Of a DNA stretch of 64,000 nucleotides, positions 48,108 through 57,158 are shown piece by piece; within the stretch, counting starts at the first letter, position 1, and each line of letters begins with the position of its first letter. The translations under genes and the position numbers were made by a program. Below the pieces are notes generated by a model, which was not told the DNA's origin, searched no databases, and saw only the letters and a list, made by a program, of their open reading frames with translations. The stretch is taken from positions 62,001-126,000 of the forward strand of contig NZ_MWQY01000001.1 in NCBI RefSeq assembly GCF_002087085.1. The letters run 5' to 3'.

Positions 48108-48431
48108 ATGAAACACACAGATATAATGCGCATGGAACGAGAAAAGCGCCGGGCTGAGAAAAAGGCGGAACGTATTTCCAAGGGCGGCAGCGAGACCCGT
48201 TCGGTAAAAGATTTTATCGATGAACTGCATGACCTTTTTTTCTACGATGCCACGAAGATCTACAACCTCAAGGATAACGTGGAAATTATGGAACTCTTTG
48301 AGGATATGCGGGAGGAGATCCCGGAGAAACAGTGGGAAAATGTTCTGAAAAAAGCGATCCGGAAAGCAAAGATTGCTCAGAAGGACGAAGCCTACACGGA
48401 GCTGAAGTCAATACTGGATGATTTGGAATAG
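48108..48431 (+). CDS. Hypothetical charged helical protein
   Basis: AAGGAGG RBS, 107-aa ORF filling the intergenic space. Confidence 0.75.
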   Translation: MKHTDIMRMEREKRRAEKKAERISKGGSETRSVKDFIDELHDLFFYDATKIYNLKDNVEIMELFEDMREEIPEKQWENVLKKAIRKAKIAQKDEAYTELKSILDDLE

Positions 48432-48445
48432 ACCGCGGCAGTGCT

Positions 48446-49636
48446 TCAGCGTATATGTAAAAGTAAACCCTTCAGATACTCTCCCTCAGGCTGATAGATA
48501 CTGACCGGATGATCAGCCCCCTGGGAGAGTCTGGCAAGGATCTGCACCCTTCGCCCTGTTTCGATGGCAGCCGCCCGTACCGCCCCCTCGAAAAGATCAC
48601 CCCCTACCACCTGACTGCAGGAGAAGGTCATGACGTAGCCTCCGCTTGGAACGGCGCGTATGGCCTCGTGGTTTAATCGTTTGTAGCCCTGTACCGCCTG
48701 GTGTCGTGCGCTTTTATGTTTGGCAAAGGCAGGGGGATCGAGGATAATAAAGTCAAAGTCCCTGCCCCGCTCTTTCAGCACCGGCATGACCTCGCTTTGC
48801 AGCGTCTCGTGGTTTTCCCCGACGCTGTTGTCCGCTATATTCCGTTCCAGCATTCCAACGGCGTGGGCGGAGGAATCCACGGAAAGAACCTTTTCTGCTG
48901 CCCCTTTGAGGGCATATACGGAAAAACCGCCGGAATAACTGAAAGCGTTCAGGACTTTCCGTCCCCGGGCGAGGTGCTGAACACGTCTGCGATTCTCTCT
49001 CTGATCGAGAAAGAACCCGGTTTTCTGACCTTCTTCCCAATTGACATGGAATCTGTGACCGGATTCCAGCACATCCCATTCCGCGACGGGATTTTCACGG
49101 CAAAAGAGGTAGCGGTTTTCTATGGCCGGAAGCCTGCGTCCTCCCAGACAGTTGCCTGACTTGTCGTAGACCAGTTTCAGTCGTTTTCCTGTAACCCGGG
49201 CGAGGGCTTGTGCTACCGTGTCTCCCAGGCGGTAGATGCCGTAGGAGTGGGCCTGTACGACCGCATGGCCGTCGTACCAGTCGATTATCAGTCCCGGAAG
49301 TCCGTCGCCGTCCCCGTGAACCAGGCGGAAGGCGTTGGTTTCCCGTGATTCCGTAAGTCCGAGATCCTGACGAAGCCTCCATGCTGCGCTTATCCGCTGG
49401 AAAAAAAGTTCCTCGTCGATAAGGTCTCCGGCAAAGCTCATTATGCGGACGGCAATGCTTCCTCCTTCCCAGAGGCCTGTGCCGAGGAGGGTATTGTCGG
49501 CCCCGCGGATCTGAACCGGATCTCCGATGGCTGGTTCGGATTCGGTTCGAGCTATGGCTCCGGAGAAAATCCAGGGATGAAGACGCTTGAGGGATGATTC
49601 CTTGCCCCGTTTGAGGACTACTGTGCTGTAATTCAT
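48446..49636 (-). CDS. rlmI: RlmI-like class I SAM-dependent rRNA m5C methyltransferase
   Basis: HPWIFSG, GQKTGFFLDQR, LDPPAF, FSCS. Confidence 0.88.
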   Translation of the reverse strand: MNYSTVVLKRGKESSLKRLHPWIFSGAIARTESEPAIGDPVQIRGADNTLLGTGLWEGGSIAVRIMSFAGDLIDEELFFQRISAAWRLRQDLGLTESRETNAFRLVHGDGDGLPGLIIDWYDGHAVVQAHSYGIYRLGDTVAQALARVTGKRLKLVYDKSGNCLGGRRLPAIENRYLFCRENPVAEWDVLESGHRFHVNWEEGQKTGFFLDQRENRRRVQHLARGRKVLNAFSYSGGFSVYALKGAAEKVLSVDSSAHAVGMLERNIADNSVGENHETLQSEVMPVLKERGRDFDFIILDPPAFAKHKSARHQAVQGYKRLNHEAIRAVPSGGYVMTFSCSQVVGGDLFEGAVRAAAIETGRRVQILARLSQGADHPVSIYQPEGEYLKGLLLHIR

Positions 49637-49639
49637 CTG

Positions 49640-51631
49640 TTACTGTATACTCATTACTGATGGAATGGTGCGGATACTCTTGAGGACAGTCTTGAAGTCT
49701 TCCTTCCGGTCGAGTTCCATGGTAAAGAAACCTGTAAGGTTTCCCCGGTCGTTTTCTTCAAGCTTGCCTTCTATAAGATGTCCGCGATATTTACGTATTG
49801 CTCCCTCGATCTCCGAAAAAAGGTCCGAAGTCATACGGGCTGTTATCTGGAAGCGTCTGGTCGCCCTGGGCGTGGCGGCTTCCCACTGGACCTCCACACT
49901 GCGCTCCTCGAACTCGTTGATGTGAGCCAGGTTGGGACAGTCCCGGCGGTGCACGATGATCCCGCGGCCCCGGGAAATATATCCGATGATGTCGTCCCCC
50001 GTGGCGGGGGAGCAGCACTTCGCCATGGTGATCATCATGTTCTTTTCGCCCCCGATCTTGAAGGCTACCTTGGCCCTGTCGACAATCTGCTTGATTATCT
50101 CTCCGGCTTCAGGCGGACTCTGGGGAACTTCCTCACCCTGGGGAGGCTGCGCCTCCTGCCGCTTTTTGGCGATGATGTTCTTGTCGATTATCAGGGAGTC
50201 GTCGTGCTGGTTCAGCCAGTGGCGTATCTTGCCCCGGGCGCGGGCGGTTTTTACAAATTTCAGCCAGTTTACATGGGGATGGGCACTGTTGCTGGTAATA
50301 ATATCCACTACCTGGGTGTTCTTGAGCTCCGTACTCAGGGATATTATGGAACCGTCGGCCTTGGCTCCAAGACAGTGATTCCCGACTTCCGTATGAATGT
50401 GATAGGCGAAATCCAGGGCCGTGGCCCCCTTGGGCAGTTCTATTATGTCCCCCCGGGGGGTGAAAACGTAGATCGTGTCCTTGAGAAGCTCGCTCTTTAT
50501 TTCCGCAAGAAACTCCGCAGAAGAGTATCCCCGACCGTTGAGGCTTTTCAGTTTGTTGATGATAGCCAGGTCCTCTGAGCGGGTACGGTCCTTGCCCTGT
50601 CGCCGTTTGTAGGACCAGTGGGCGGCAATTCCCATTTCCGCGGTGGCGTGCATCTGGTGGGTCCTGATCTGGATCTCCAGCTGCTTTCCTTCCCAGCACA
50701 TCACCGTGGTATGGAGGCTCTGGTACTGATTCGATTTCGGCATGGCGATGTAGTCTTTGAACCGGCCTTCGATGGGAGGCCACAACTTGTGGACCAGTCC
50801 AAGCAGGGTGTAACATTCACCGGTGGTGTTGCAGAGGATCCGCAGGCCCAGAAGGTCGTGAATCTCGCTGAAACCCTTCTGCCTCCGCTTCATTTTCTGA
50901 TAGATGGAAAAGAAGTGCTTCGCCCGGCTCTGGACCTCTATGGTGATTCCCTCTTTATGGGCTTCCTGCTGGATCGTCCGTTCCACTTTCTTAAGGTAGT
51001 CCGCCCGTTTCCGTTTCTTCTCCGTCATCGCTTCTTTGATCTGGGTGTATACCAGGGGATGCAGGTTCTTGAGGGCCAGATCTTCCAGTTCTATCTTTAC
51101 CCAGGAGATACCGAGCCTGTCCGCCAGAGGCGCATAGATGTCGAGGCATTCCTGGGCTATACGTTTGCGTTTCTCCTCGGGAAGGTATTCCAGGGTGCTC
51201 ATATTGTGCAGCTTGTCGGCCAGTTTGATCAGGATTACCCTGATATCCTTGGTCATGGCAAAAAGCATTTTCCGGATGGTTTCCGCTCCCTGAACGCTTT
51301 TACTCTTTGCCCTGAGGATCGAGATCTTGGTTACTCCGTTGACCAGCGCGACTATTTCTTTTCCAAAGCGGCGCTGCATCTCCTTTTTCGTCCCTTCCGT
51401 ATCCTCCAGAACATCATGGAGCAGGGCGGCGATGATGGTCTCGTAATCCATCTCCAGCTGGACCAGAATCTCCGCCACCTTCATGGGATGTATGTAGAAG
51501 GGTTCTCCGCTGGCGCGTTTCTGCTCGCGATGCAGTTCTTCCCCCCAGAGGAGGGCTTCCATTATCTTGCTCCGCTCCTCCGGCGTGTAACGGGTTAACT
51601 GTTTTTCGAACTGCTCTATTCTTGTCTGCAT
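49640..51631 (-). CDS. rel: Bifunctional (p)ppGpp synthetase/hydrolase (long RSH)
   Basis: LLHDVLED hydrolase, RFKDY / YQSLHT / EIQIRT synthetase, TGS, CC..H...C zinc finger, ACT-like tail. Confidence 0.95.
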   Translation of the reverse strand: MQTRIEQFEKQLTRYTPEERSKIMEALLWGEELHREQKRASGEPFYIHPMKVAEILVQLEMDYETIIAALLHDVLEDTEGTKKEMQRRFGKEIVALVNGVTKISILRAKSKSVQGAETIRKMLFAMTKDIRVILIKLADKLHNMSTLEYLPEEKRKRIAQECLDIYAPLADRLGISWVKIELEDLALKNLHPLVYTQIKEAMTEKKRKRADYLKKVERTIQQEAHKEGITIEVQSRAKHFFSIYQKMKRRQKGFSEIHDLLGLRILCNTTGECYTLLGLVHKLWPPIEGRFKDYIAMPKSNQYQSLHTTVMCWEGKQLEIQIRTHQMHATAEMGIAAHWSYKRRQGKDRTRSEDLAIINKLKSLNGRGYSSAEFLAEIKSELLKDTIYVFTPRGDIIELPKGATALDFAYHIHTEVGNHCLGAKADGSIISLSTELKNTQVVDIITSNSAHPHVNWLKFVKTARARGKIRHWLNQHDDSLIIDKNIIAKKRQEAQPPQGEEVPQSPPEAGEIIKQIVDRAKVAFKIGGEKNMMITMAKCCSPATGDDIIGYISRGRGIIVHRRDCPNLAHINEFEERSVEVQWEAATPRATRRFQITARMTSDLFSEIEGAIRKYRGHLIEGKLEENDRGNLTGFFTMELDRKEDFKTVLKSIRTIPSVMSIQ

Positions 51632-52464
51632 GGTCCCTTTCTTCCCCGGGCTATCCGCGCCTTCCCTGCCAGATCCGTCACCTGGACTATATCGGTATAA
51701 TTATATTCACCCATGGTCTCCGCAACCAGGGGAACCAGAACAGGAGAGGCTTCGATAATAAGATAGCCATTCTCATTAAGAGAATCCAGCGCTTCTTCGA
51801 TCAGTCGGGGAATGAGATCGAAGCCCGATTCGCCTCCGTCCAGGGCGAGGGCCGGTTCGGGCCAGTTATTCTCCTTCAGATGCTCGACATAGTCATGTTC
51901 CACGTAGGGGGGATTGCAGGTAATCAGGTCGAAGGATCCCTGGACGGAACTAAGAAGGTTGCTGAGACTGGACGGGAGGGCCTTCCCCGTAAGGGAGCGG
52001 GCGTTGAAATCCGCCACCTCCAGGGCATCGGCGGAGATATCGGAGATCGAGATGTCCAGATCAGGGTATTCCGATTTAAGAGCGACAGCGATACATCCGC
52101 TTCCGGTGCAGGAGTCGTGTATACGCCGGATTGACGGATTTCCGGCAATCAGCCGCAGGGCCTCCTCCACCAGGACCTCTGTGTCAGGCCGGGGAACGAG
52201 GACCCGGGAATCCACGTAGAAGTCGAGACCCCAGAACTCCTTCCGGTTCCGGATGTAGGAAACCGGCTCTCCCGCCAGACGCCGCTGAATAAATCCTTCA
52301 AAAAGGACGGCGGTAATCTCATCGGCCTGGAGCGGAAGGTCCGCCAGGAGACGCTCCTTCTTCATTCCCGAAGCGTGGGACAGGAGCACCAGAGCATCCA
52401 GATAGGGAGTGCTGGCATCCTGCAGCCTACGGCTTGCGCTGGTAAGTAATTCGCGAAAAGTCAT
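51616..52464 (-). CDS. prmC: Release factor glutamine methyltransferase
   Basis: GEPVSYI, VPRPDTE, CTGSGCI, NPPY; follows prfA. Confidence 0.95.
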   Translation of the reverse strand: MTFRELLTSASRRLQDASTPYLDALVLLSHASGMKKERLLADLPLQADEITAVLFEGFIQRRLAGEPVSYIRNRKEFWGLDFYVDSRVLVPRPDTEVLVEEALRLIAGNPSIRRIHDSCTGSGCIAVALKSEYPDLDISISDISADALEVADFNARSLTGKALPSSLSNLLSSVQGSFDLITCNPPYVEHDYVEHLKENNWPEPALALDGGESGFDLIPRLIEEALDSLNENGYLIIEASPVLVPLVAETMGEYNYTDIVQVTDLAGKARIARGRKGPCRQE

Positions 52465-52485
52465 CTGTTCTGTTCCCTGTTTTCT

Positions 52486-53556
52486 TTAGGAGGCGATACC
52501 CTTGAGCATCTCCTCCCGGGCGCTGACCTTCAGGGTTTCCAGAAGTTCTTCCAGATCTCCCTGAATGATGGAATCGAGCTTATACAGAGTCAGATTGATG
52601 CGGTGGTCTGTCAGACGGTTCTGGGGAAAGTTGTAGGTCCGTATACGCTCCGAGCGGTCCCCCGACCCGATCTGGTTTTTCCGGGTCGCCGAACGCTCGG
52701 CGGCTTTGCGGGCTTCCTCCGCTTCAAACAGCCTGGCCCGCAGTACCTTGAGGGCCTTGTCGCGGTTTTTATGCTGGGATTTTTCATCCTGGCAGGAGAC
52801 CACAAGTCCGGTGGGGATGTGGGTAATCCTTACTGCCGAATCGGTGGTGTTTACGTGCTGTCCTCCCGCACCCTGGGCACGGAAGGTATCAATGCGCAGA
52901 TCGCTCTCCTGAACCTCGATGTCCGTCTCTTCCGCTTCGGGGAGAACCGCCACGGTGACCGCGGAGGTGTGAATCCTCCCCCCGGATTCGGTGGCAGGTA
53001 CCCGCTGGACCCTGTGGACGCCGCTTTCATACCGCAGGTTTTCGTAGACGTTCTTTCCGCTTACGGAGAACACAATCTCCTTGAATCCCCCCAGTTCCAT
53101 CTGGTTGGCTTCCATTATTTCAATTTTCCATTTTCTGTCTTCGGCAAAACGGCTGTACATGCGGTAGAGATCCGCCGCGAAGAGGGCGGCCTCGTCGCCC
53201 CCTGTTCCCGCACGAATTTCCATGATGATGTTCTTGGAATCCAGGGGGTCCCGGGGAATTATAAGGAGCTTGAGCTCCTGGGTGAGTTTTTCAAGCTGTT
53301 CCTCGAGCCGGGCGACCTCCTCTTTGGCCATCTCCCGCATTTCCGGGTCCGTCTCCTTTGCGGCCAGTTCCCTGGCGTCCCTGTGCTCCTGCTCAACAGC
53401 GAGGTATCCCTTGTATGTGTCAACCAGCTCGCTTACATGCGAATGTTCCTGCATCAGCTCCCGGTAGCGGCGGATATCCTTCATTACGTCGGGATCAGAG
53501 ATAAGGGTCTCGAGTTCCTTGTGCCGAAGAACGTACTCTTCAAGTTTATCGAACAT
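52486..53556 (-). CDS. prfA: Peptide chain release factor 1
   Basis: [15 protein letters not shown] (PxT), GAGGQHVN. Confidence 0.97.
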   Translation of the reverse strand: MFDKLEEYVLRHKELETLISDPDVMKDIRRYRELMQEHSHVSELVDTYKGYLAVEQEHRDARELAAKETDPEMREMAKEEVARLEEQLEKLTQELKLLIIPRDPLDSKNIIMEIRAGTGGDEAALFAADLYRMYSRFAEDRKWKIEIMEANQMELGGFKEIVFSVSGKNVYENLRYESGVHRVQRVPATESGGRIHTSAVTVAVLPEAEETDIEVQESDLRIDTFRAQGAGGQHVNTTDSAVRITHIPTGLVVSCQDEKSQHKNRDKALKVLRARLFEAEEARKAAERSATRKNQIGSGDRSERIRTYNFPQNRLTDHRINLTLYKLDSIIQGDLEELLETLKVSAREEMLKGIAS

Positions 53557-53561
53557 AGGCT

Positions 53562-53735
53562 TTAGGCTTTCTCCTTGAACCTGGGACAGGTATAGATCAC
53601 CAGTTCCATTTCGTGATTTCGCTGGCCGTCATAGTCCTGCAGGGACCGGCGTATTGTCTTTTGAAGCACACAGCTCCCGTTTCTGACACAGAGGGGACAG
53701 GCTCCGTTTTCCCTGTTGTTTATTTCAACCTTCAC
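53562..53735 (-). CDS. 57-aa four-cysteine protein (not in ORF track)
   Basis: [60 protein letters not shown] start 6 nt after TGcTATTCT; stop 5 nt before prfA. Confidence 0.7.
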   Translation of the reverse strand: MKVEINNRENGACPLCVRNGSCVLQKTIRRSLQDYDGQRNHEMELVIYTCPRFKEKA

Positions 53736-53820
53736 AGGTATAGAATAGCAAATTCATTCTATTTCTGGAAGAAGGCAGTAAAGAGTTGTTTTTTCCGCCA
53801 GGACCAGAAAGGCCTTACCG

Positions 53821-54411
53821 CTATTCTGTCTCAGGTTCCGCTGCGGTTCTTCCGCTTCTTCCCCCGCCGAAACCGAAAAGAGAACCGCAGATACCACCGA
53901 GAATATGGGCTGTCTGGGATACATCATCGGCGGCGGTGATGAGGATAATCTCTTTTACAAGATAAAGGATTACAACCAGTATAAAGGTCAGGGGAATATC
54001 GCCGTTTCTTACATTTGTAAAGGAAACCAGGATGATCATCATGAAGACAATACTGGAGGCACCCAGAAGGGCGGTATGGAAAAAGAGGGTATTCACCAGT
54101 CCGGTTACCAGGGCAGTAAAGAATATCATCCATAAAAGACGCAGGGATCCGTGTTTTTCTTCCAGGATCGGGCCGATCAGGAGGATTATGGCAAAGTTGC
54201 TTAGAAGATGCTCCCATCCCAGGTGACCGACTATGTGACTTATCAGCCGGACATAGGCCAGGGGATTTGCAAAATCAAAATTCCCCCGGGGCAGGGCGGT
54301 AAAGAGGAGCAGGGTGAGATTTGACCGGGTGACTGTGTCAAAAAGAAGTACCGTTGTGGCCAGAAGTGCAAAGGTCAGTGTTACGGGGGCGTTGTATCGA
54401 ATGCGCATCAT
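53821..54411 (-). CDS. Rhomboid-family intramembrane serine protease
   Basis: H....HL..N, GASS, AHILG; about 6 TMs. Confidence 0.88.
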   Translation of the reverse strand: MMRIRYNAPVTLTFALLATTVLLFDTVTRSNLTLLLFTALPRGNFDFANPLAYVRLISHIVGHLGWEHLLSNFAIILLIGPILEEKHGSLRLLWMIFFTALVTGLVNTLFFHTALLGASSIVFMMIILVSFTNVRNGDIPLTFILVVILYLVKEIILITAADDVSQTAHILGGICGSLFGFGGGRSGRTAAEPETE

Positions 54412-54866
54412 TTCAAAATAACCTCTATATCCTCAAGATTTCCGTCAAGGAAAAAGGCGATTTCCCTGAATCGAGGCCCCCTCATGAAGGGGCGTACCGG
54501 ACGGTAGGTGCCCCAGGGCTCTATTCCCCTCAGGGAAAAGTCGATTTTCCCGTTGCCATTGGTGTCAAGGAAAGACCGGATACCGTATGTACCGGGAGGG
54601 ATATTCTCCAGTGTAAACAGGCCTGGTGATTCATCGGGCGAACTGATCTCGATTATCGCTCCACGGAAAAATCCGGTCTCCTCTTCGTTGAAACCGGCCT
54701 CGTCGACTATCTGCAGGTAGACTGTTCCAGGCCGGCTGCTTGTGATGCTTCCGGTAACGGTGTAAAGTTTCTCTGCTTCCATCCGGAGGACAGGGAAGCA
54801 CAAGAGGACCAGAAGGAAGAAAAATCCGGTTTTTTCTTGCGATTGCATATATGAAAAGTTTACCAT
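54408..54866 (-). CDS. DUF2141-like exported protein
   Basis: PPGTYGIRSFLDTNGNGKID...EPWG, P.F pattern; start uncertain (54866 or 54848). Confidence 0.75.
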   Translation of the reverse strand: MVNFSYMQSQEKTGFFFLLVLLCFPVLRMEAEKLYTVTGSITSSRPGTVYLQIVDEAGFNEEETGFFRGAIIEISSPDESPGLFTLENIPPGTYGIRSFLDTNGNGKIDFSLRGIEPWGTYRPVRPFMRGPRFREIAFFLDGNLEDIEVILK

Positions 54867-54952
54867 ATTAAATATAGGCTTCCAACTGATGCCGAAGGGA
54901 TCTTTTATTGTTACTTTAGTGGTATGGATTATTCTGCTGAAAGGAGGGGTAT

Positions 54953-55522
54953 GTGACTCCCACTGTCCAGAAAGGTTTGAGTCTGCTGCAAAACGGCCGC
55001 TATGAAGAAGCGAAGGAGGTCTTTCTGCAGGTGCTGTATGAAGACCCGAAGGATCCGGATGCCCTCAGGAATCTCGGCATTGCGTATACCGAACTCGGGC
55101 GCAATGAGGAGGCGGAAAAGACCCTCTACTATTATCTTGACCTTTATCCTGAAGATGCAGAGGCACTGGAAGGCCTGGGCTGCGCTTTTTACCGACAGAA
55201 GGCCTATTACAAGGCCCTGGAACTGCTTACCCGGGCGGTCTCCCTGCGTTCCGAAGCACCTTCCATTTACCGTAATCTCGGTCTGGCACAGCTCGCCATC
55301 GATATGAAGGAAGAGGGCTATGAGAATCTGAAAAAGGCCCATGTAATGAACCTCTTCGATTATAAAACTGCCTATGCCTATGCAGCGGCCTGTCAGAAAA
55401 CCGGGCGCCTCGATGAAGCCGAGGAGATCCTCACTGAGCTTCTTCAGGACTATCTGCCGGAGGAGCTGGAATCGACCATACGGAAGGATCTGGAGCTGCT
55501 GAGAAAAACACGTCTTCGTTGA
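54953..55522 (+). CDS. Tetratricopeptide-repeat protein
   Basis: ALRNLGIAY, ALEGLG, YRNLGLA; AGGAGG RBS. Confidence 0.85.
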   Translation: MTPTVQKGLSLLQNGRYEEAKEVFLQVLYEDPKDPDALRNLGIAYTELGRNEEAEKTLYYYLDLYPEDAEALEGLGCAFYRQKAYYKALELLTRAVSLRSEAPSIYRNLGLAQLAIDMKEEGYENLKKAHVMNLFDYKTAYAYAAACQKTGRLDEAEEILTELLQDYLPEELESTIRKDLELLRKTRLR

Positions 55523-55547
55523 CCCTTGTTCAAGGGGCTGATACTAT
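55519..55547 (+). promoter_or_regulatory. sigma70 promoter of the FliG paralogue (leaderless geometry)
   Basis: TTGACC-N17-TACTAT, ATG 7 nt later. Confidence 0.65.
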
Positions 55548-55554
55548 TCTGTGT

Positions 55555-56724
55555 ATGGATATGCGGCGCAAAATATCCCGGGCCTACGGCGGGGATTCCG
55601 GCAAGGCTGATAAAAAACCGCTTGTACGCCCCGTGAACTGGGCACAGTTTGACGGTTCCCCGGACAATACCGGCGGCGGGACGCAGACGAGCGGAAATAA
55701 ACCCTCACTAAAACCACAGGGACTCCTGAAAACCGTAAAAGACGGGGATGGTGTGCAGAAGGCGGCAAAATTCCTTTTGCTGCTTGACAAGGACGATGCT
55801 GCAAAGATAATGCGACATTTTTCCGAGGACGAACTCCTGAGGATTTCCGCAGCTATGGCGGAGGTCCGGTCTGTTTCATCGGAGGAGGCGAAAAGTCTTT
55901 TAAAGGAATTCGGGTTCCTGAAAATTCCTCCCCATACATCCACCGGAGGTGTGGATGTAGCATCCGCCATTCTGACCGCCTCCTTCGGAAAAGAGAAGGC
56001 CGATCAGATCCTCAAAAAGGTAGTGCCCTTCGGCGGAGAGAGGCCTTTTTCGTTTCTTGAAGAGTACGAGGCGCATCAGATTACCACCCTGCTGAAAAAG
56101 GAGAGTCCGCGGGTTATTGCCCTGGTCCTGCGTTTTTTGTCGGCAAAAAAATCCTCCGCGGTATTGAAATCCCTCCCCGTCACCACCAGGGTAGAGGTTG
56201 TACGAAGGCTGGGACGAATGGACAAGGTGGACAACGACGCCCTGGACAGGATGCAGACAGCCCTGCGGGAGAAGATCAGGTCCATGGGCAAGGTCGTTAC
56301 CCAGGAGGTCGACGGTCCTTCAACCCTGGCGGCGATCCTGAAACACCTTTCCCTTGACCATGAGGACCGGCTGCTCAGGGGGATTGAAGAGGCAAATCCC
56401 GAACTTGGAAAAGAGATCAAGGAGAAGGTATACACCCTGGATCTTCTGTTGAATGTGGATGACAAGGAGCTTCAGGACGTTCTCCGGACTCATCCCGACG
56501 AGGAAATCGCCAGAATGCTCAAAGGGCGGGATATGCGGGTAAGTGAAAAGGTCCTGCATAATCTCTCCGCCCGGCGCAGACAGATGGTGGAAGAGGAAAT
56601 CCTGCACCTGGGTTCGATTCCCCGGCGCGAGGCTGACGAAGCGGCCCGGGAGTTTCTTGATTATCTTATGCGCCTTTCGGACCAGGGTCTGGTCCATTTT
56701 GTGGACCGGGACCAGCTGGTATAG
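55555..56724 (+). CDS. fliG: Flagellar motor switch protein FliG paralogue (FliG1-like)
   Basis: G.QKAA.FLL.L, GGVD.A..IL, PFSFL, KESP..IA, NLS.RR; start re-called to 55555. Confidence 0.85.
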   Translation: MDMRRKISRAYGGDSGKADKKPLVRPVNWAQFDGSPDNTGGGTQTSGNKPSLKPQGLLKTVKDGDGVQKAAKFLLLLDKDDAAKIMRHFSEDELLRISAAMAEVRSVSSEEAKSLLKEFGFLKIPPHTSTGGVDVASAILTASFGKEKADQILKKVVPFGGERPFSFLEEYEAHQITTLLKKESPRVIALVLRFLSAKKSSAVLKSLPVTTRVEVVRRLGRMDKVDNDALDRMQTALREKIRSMGKVVTQEVDGPSTLAAILKHLSLDHEDRLLRGIEEANPELGKEIKEKVYTLDLLLNVDDKELQDVLRTHPDEEIARMLKGRDMRVSEKVLHNLSARRRQMVEEEILHLGSIPRREADEAAREFLDYLMRLSDQGLVHFVDRDQLV

Positions 56725-56728
56725 ATCC

Positions 56729-57079
56729 TCAGCCCCTGAGATCGTCCCTGGGGGGAGAGAAAAAATCCAGCAGGACTGTCGGCTCATCGTATATTCTGAC
56801 TTCATGTTCGATCCCGATGGGCGCATGATACCAGTCCCCCGGAAACAGATCTTTTGTTACTCCGTTGACGGTAAAACAGGCTTTTCCCGATACCACATAG
56901 CCCATCTGTTCGTGGGCATCGTGGCTGTGAGCGGGAAAGCTCTTGTTCGGCGGAAAATGGTACTCAACCACCTGCAGGTGTTTACCCGTGTAGATGTACC
57001 GGACTACATCTCCCTCTACAACTTCCTTGCGCATCTCTTCGGCATTGAAAAAGGCCTTCCAGTTCTGTAGTGCATCCAT
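56729..57079 (-). CDS. Cupin-domain protein
   Basis: PAHSH..HEQMGYV.SG, PGD...P....H, FSPPRDD. Confidence 0.88.
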   Translation of the reverse strand: MDALQNWKAFFNAEEMRKEVVEGDVVRYIYTGKHLQVVEYHFPPNKSFPAHSHDAHEQMGYVVSGKACFTVNGVTKDLFPGDWYHAPIGIEHEVRIYDEPTVLLDFFSPPRDDLRG

Positions 57080-57105
57080 ACAAAATACTATACCAGTGCA
57101 CAGGG

Positions 57106-57136
57106 CAAAAATATACCCCCGCCTGCAGCGGGGGTA
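57106..57136 (-). terminator. Intrinsic terminator after cstA
   Basis: TACCCCCGC-5 nt-GCGGGGGTA stem followed on the minus strand by TATTTTT. Confidence 0.75.
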
Positions 57137-57158
57137 AAATGAGTGCCGATGAATCGGG

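Noticed and set aside
46419..48230. 603-aa minus-strand ORF
   Set aside because: Antisense shadow of prfC with no recognisable motifs; expected from codon bias
52486..53556. Programmed frameshift in the release factor gene
   Set aside because: The gene is RF1 (PxT motif) with an uninterrupted ORF; the frameshift belongs to prfB
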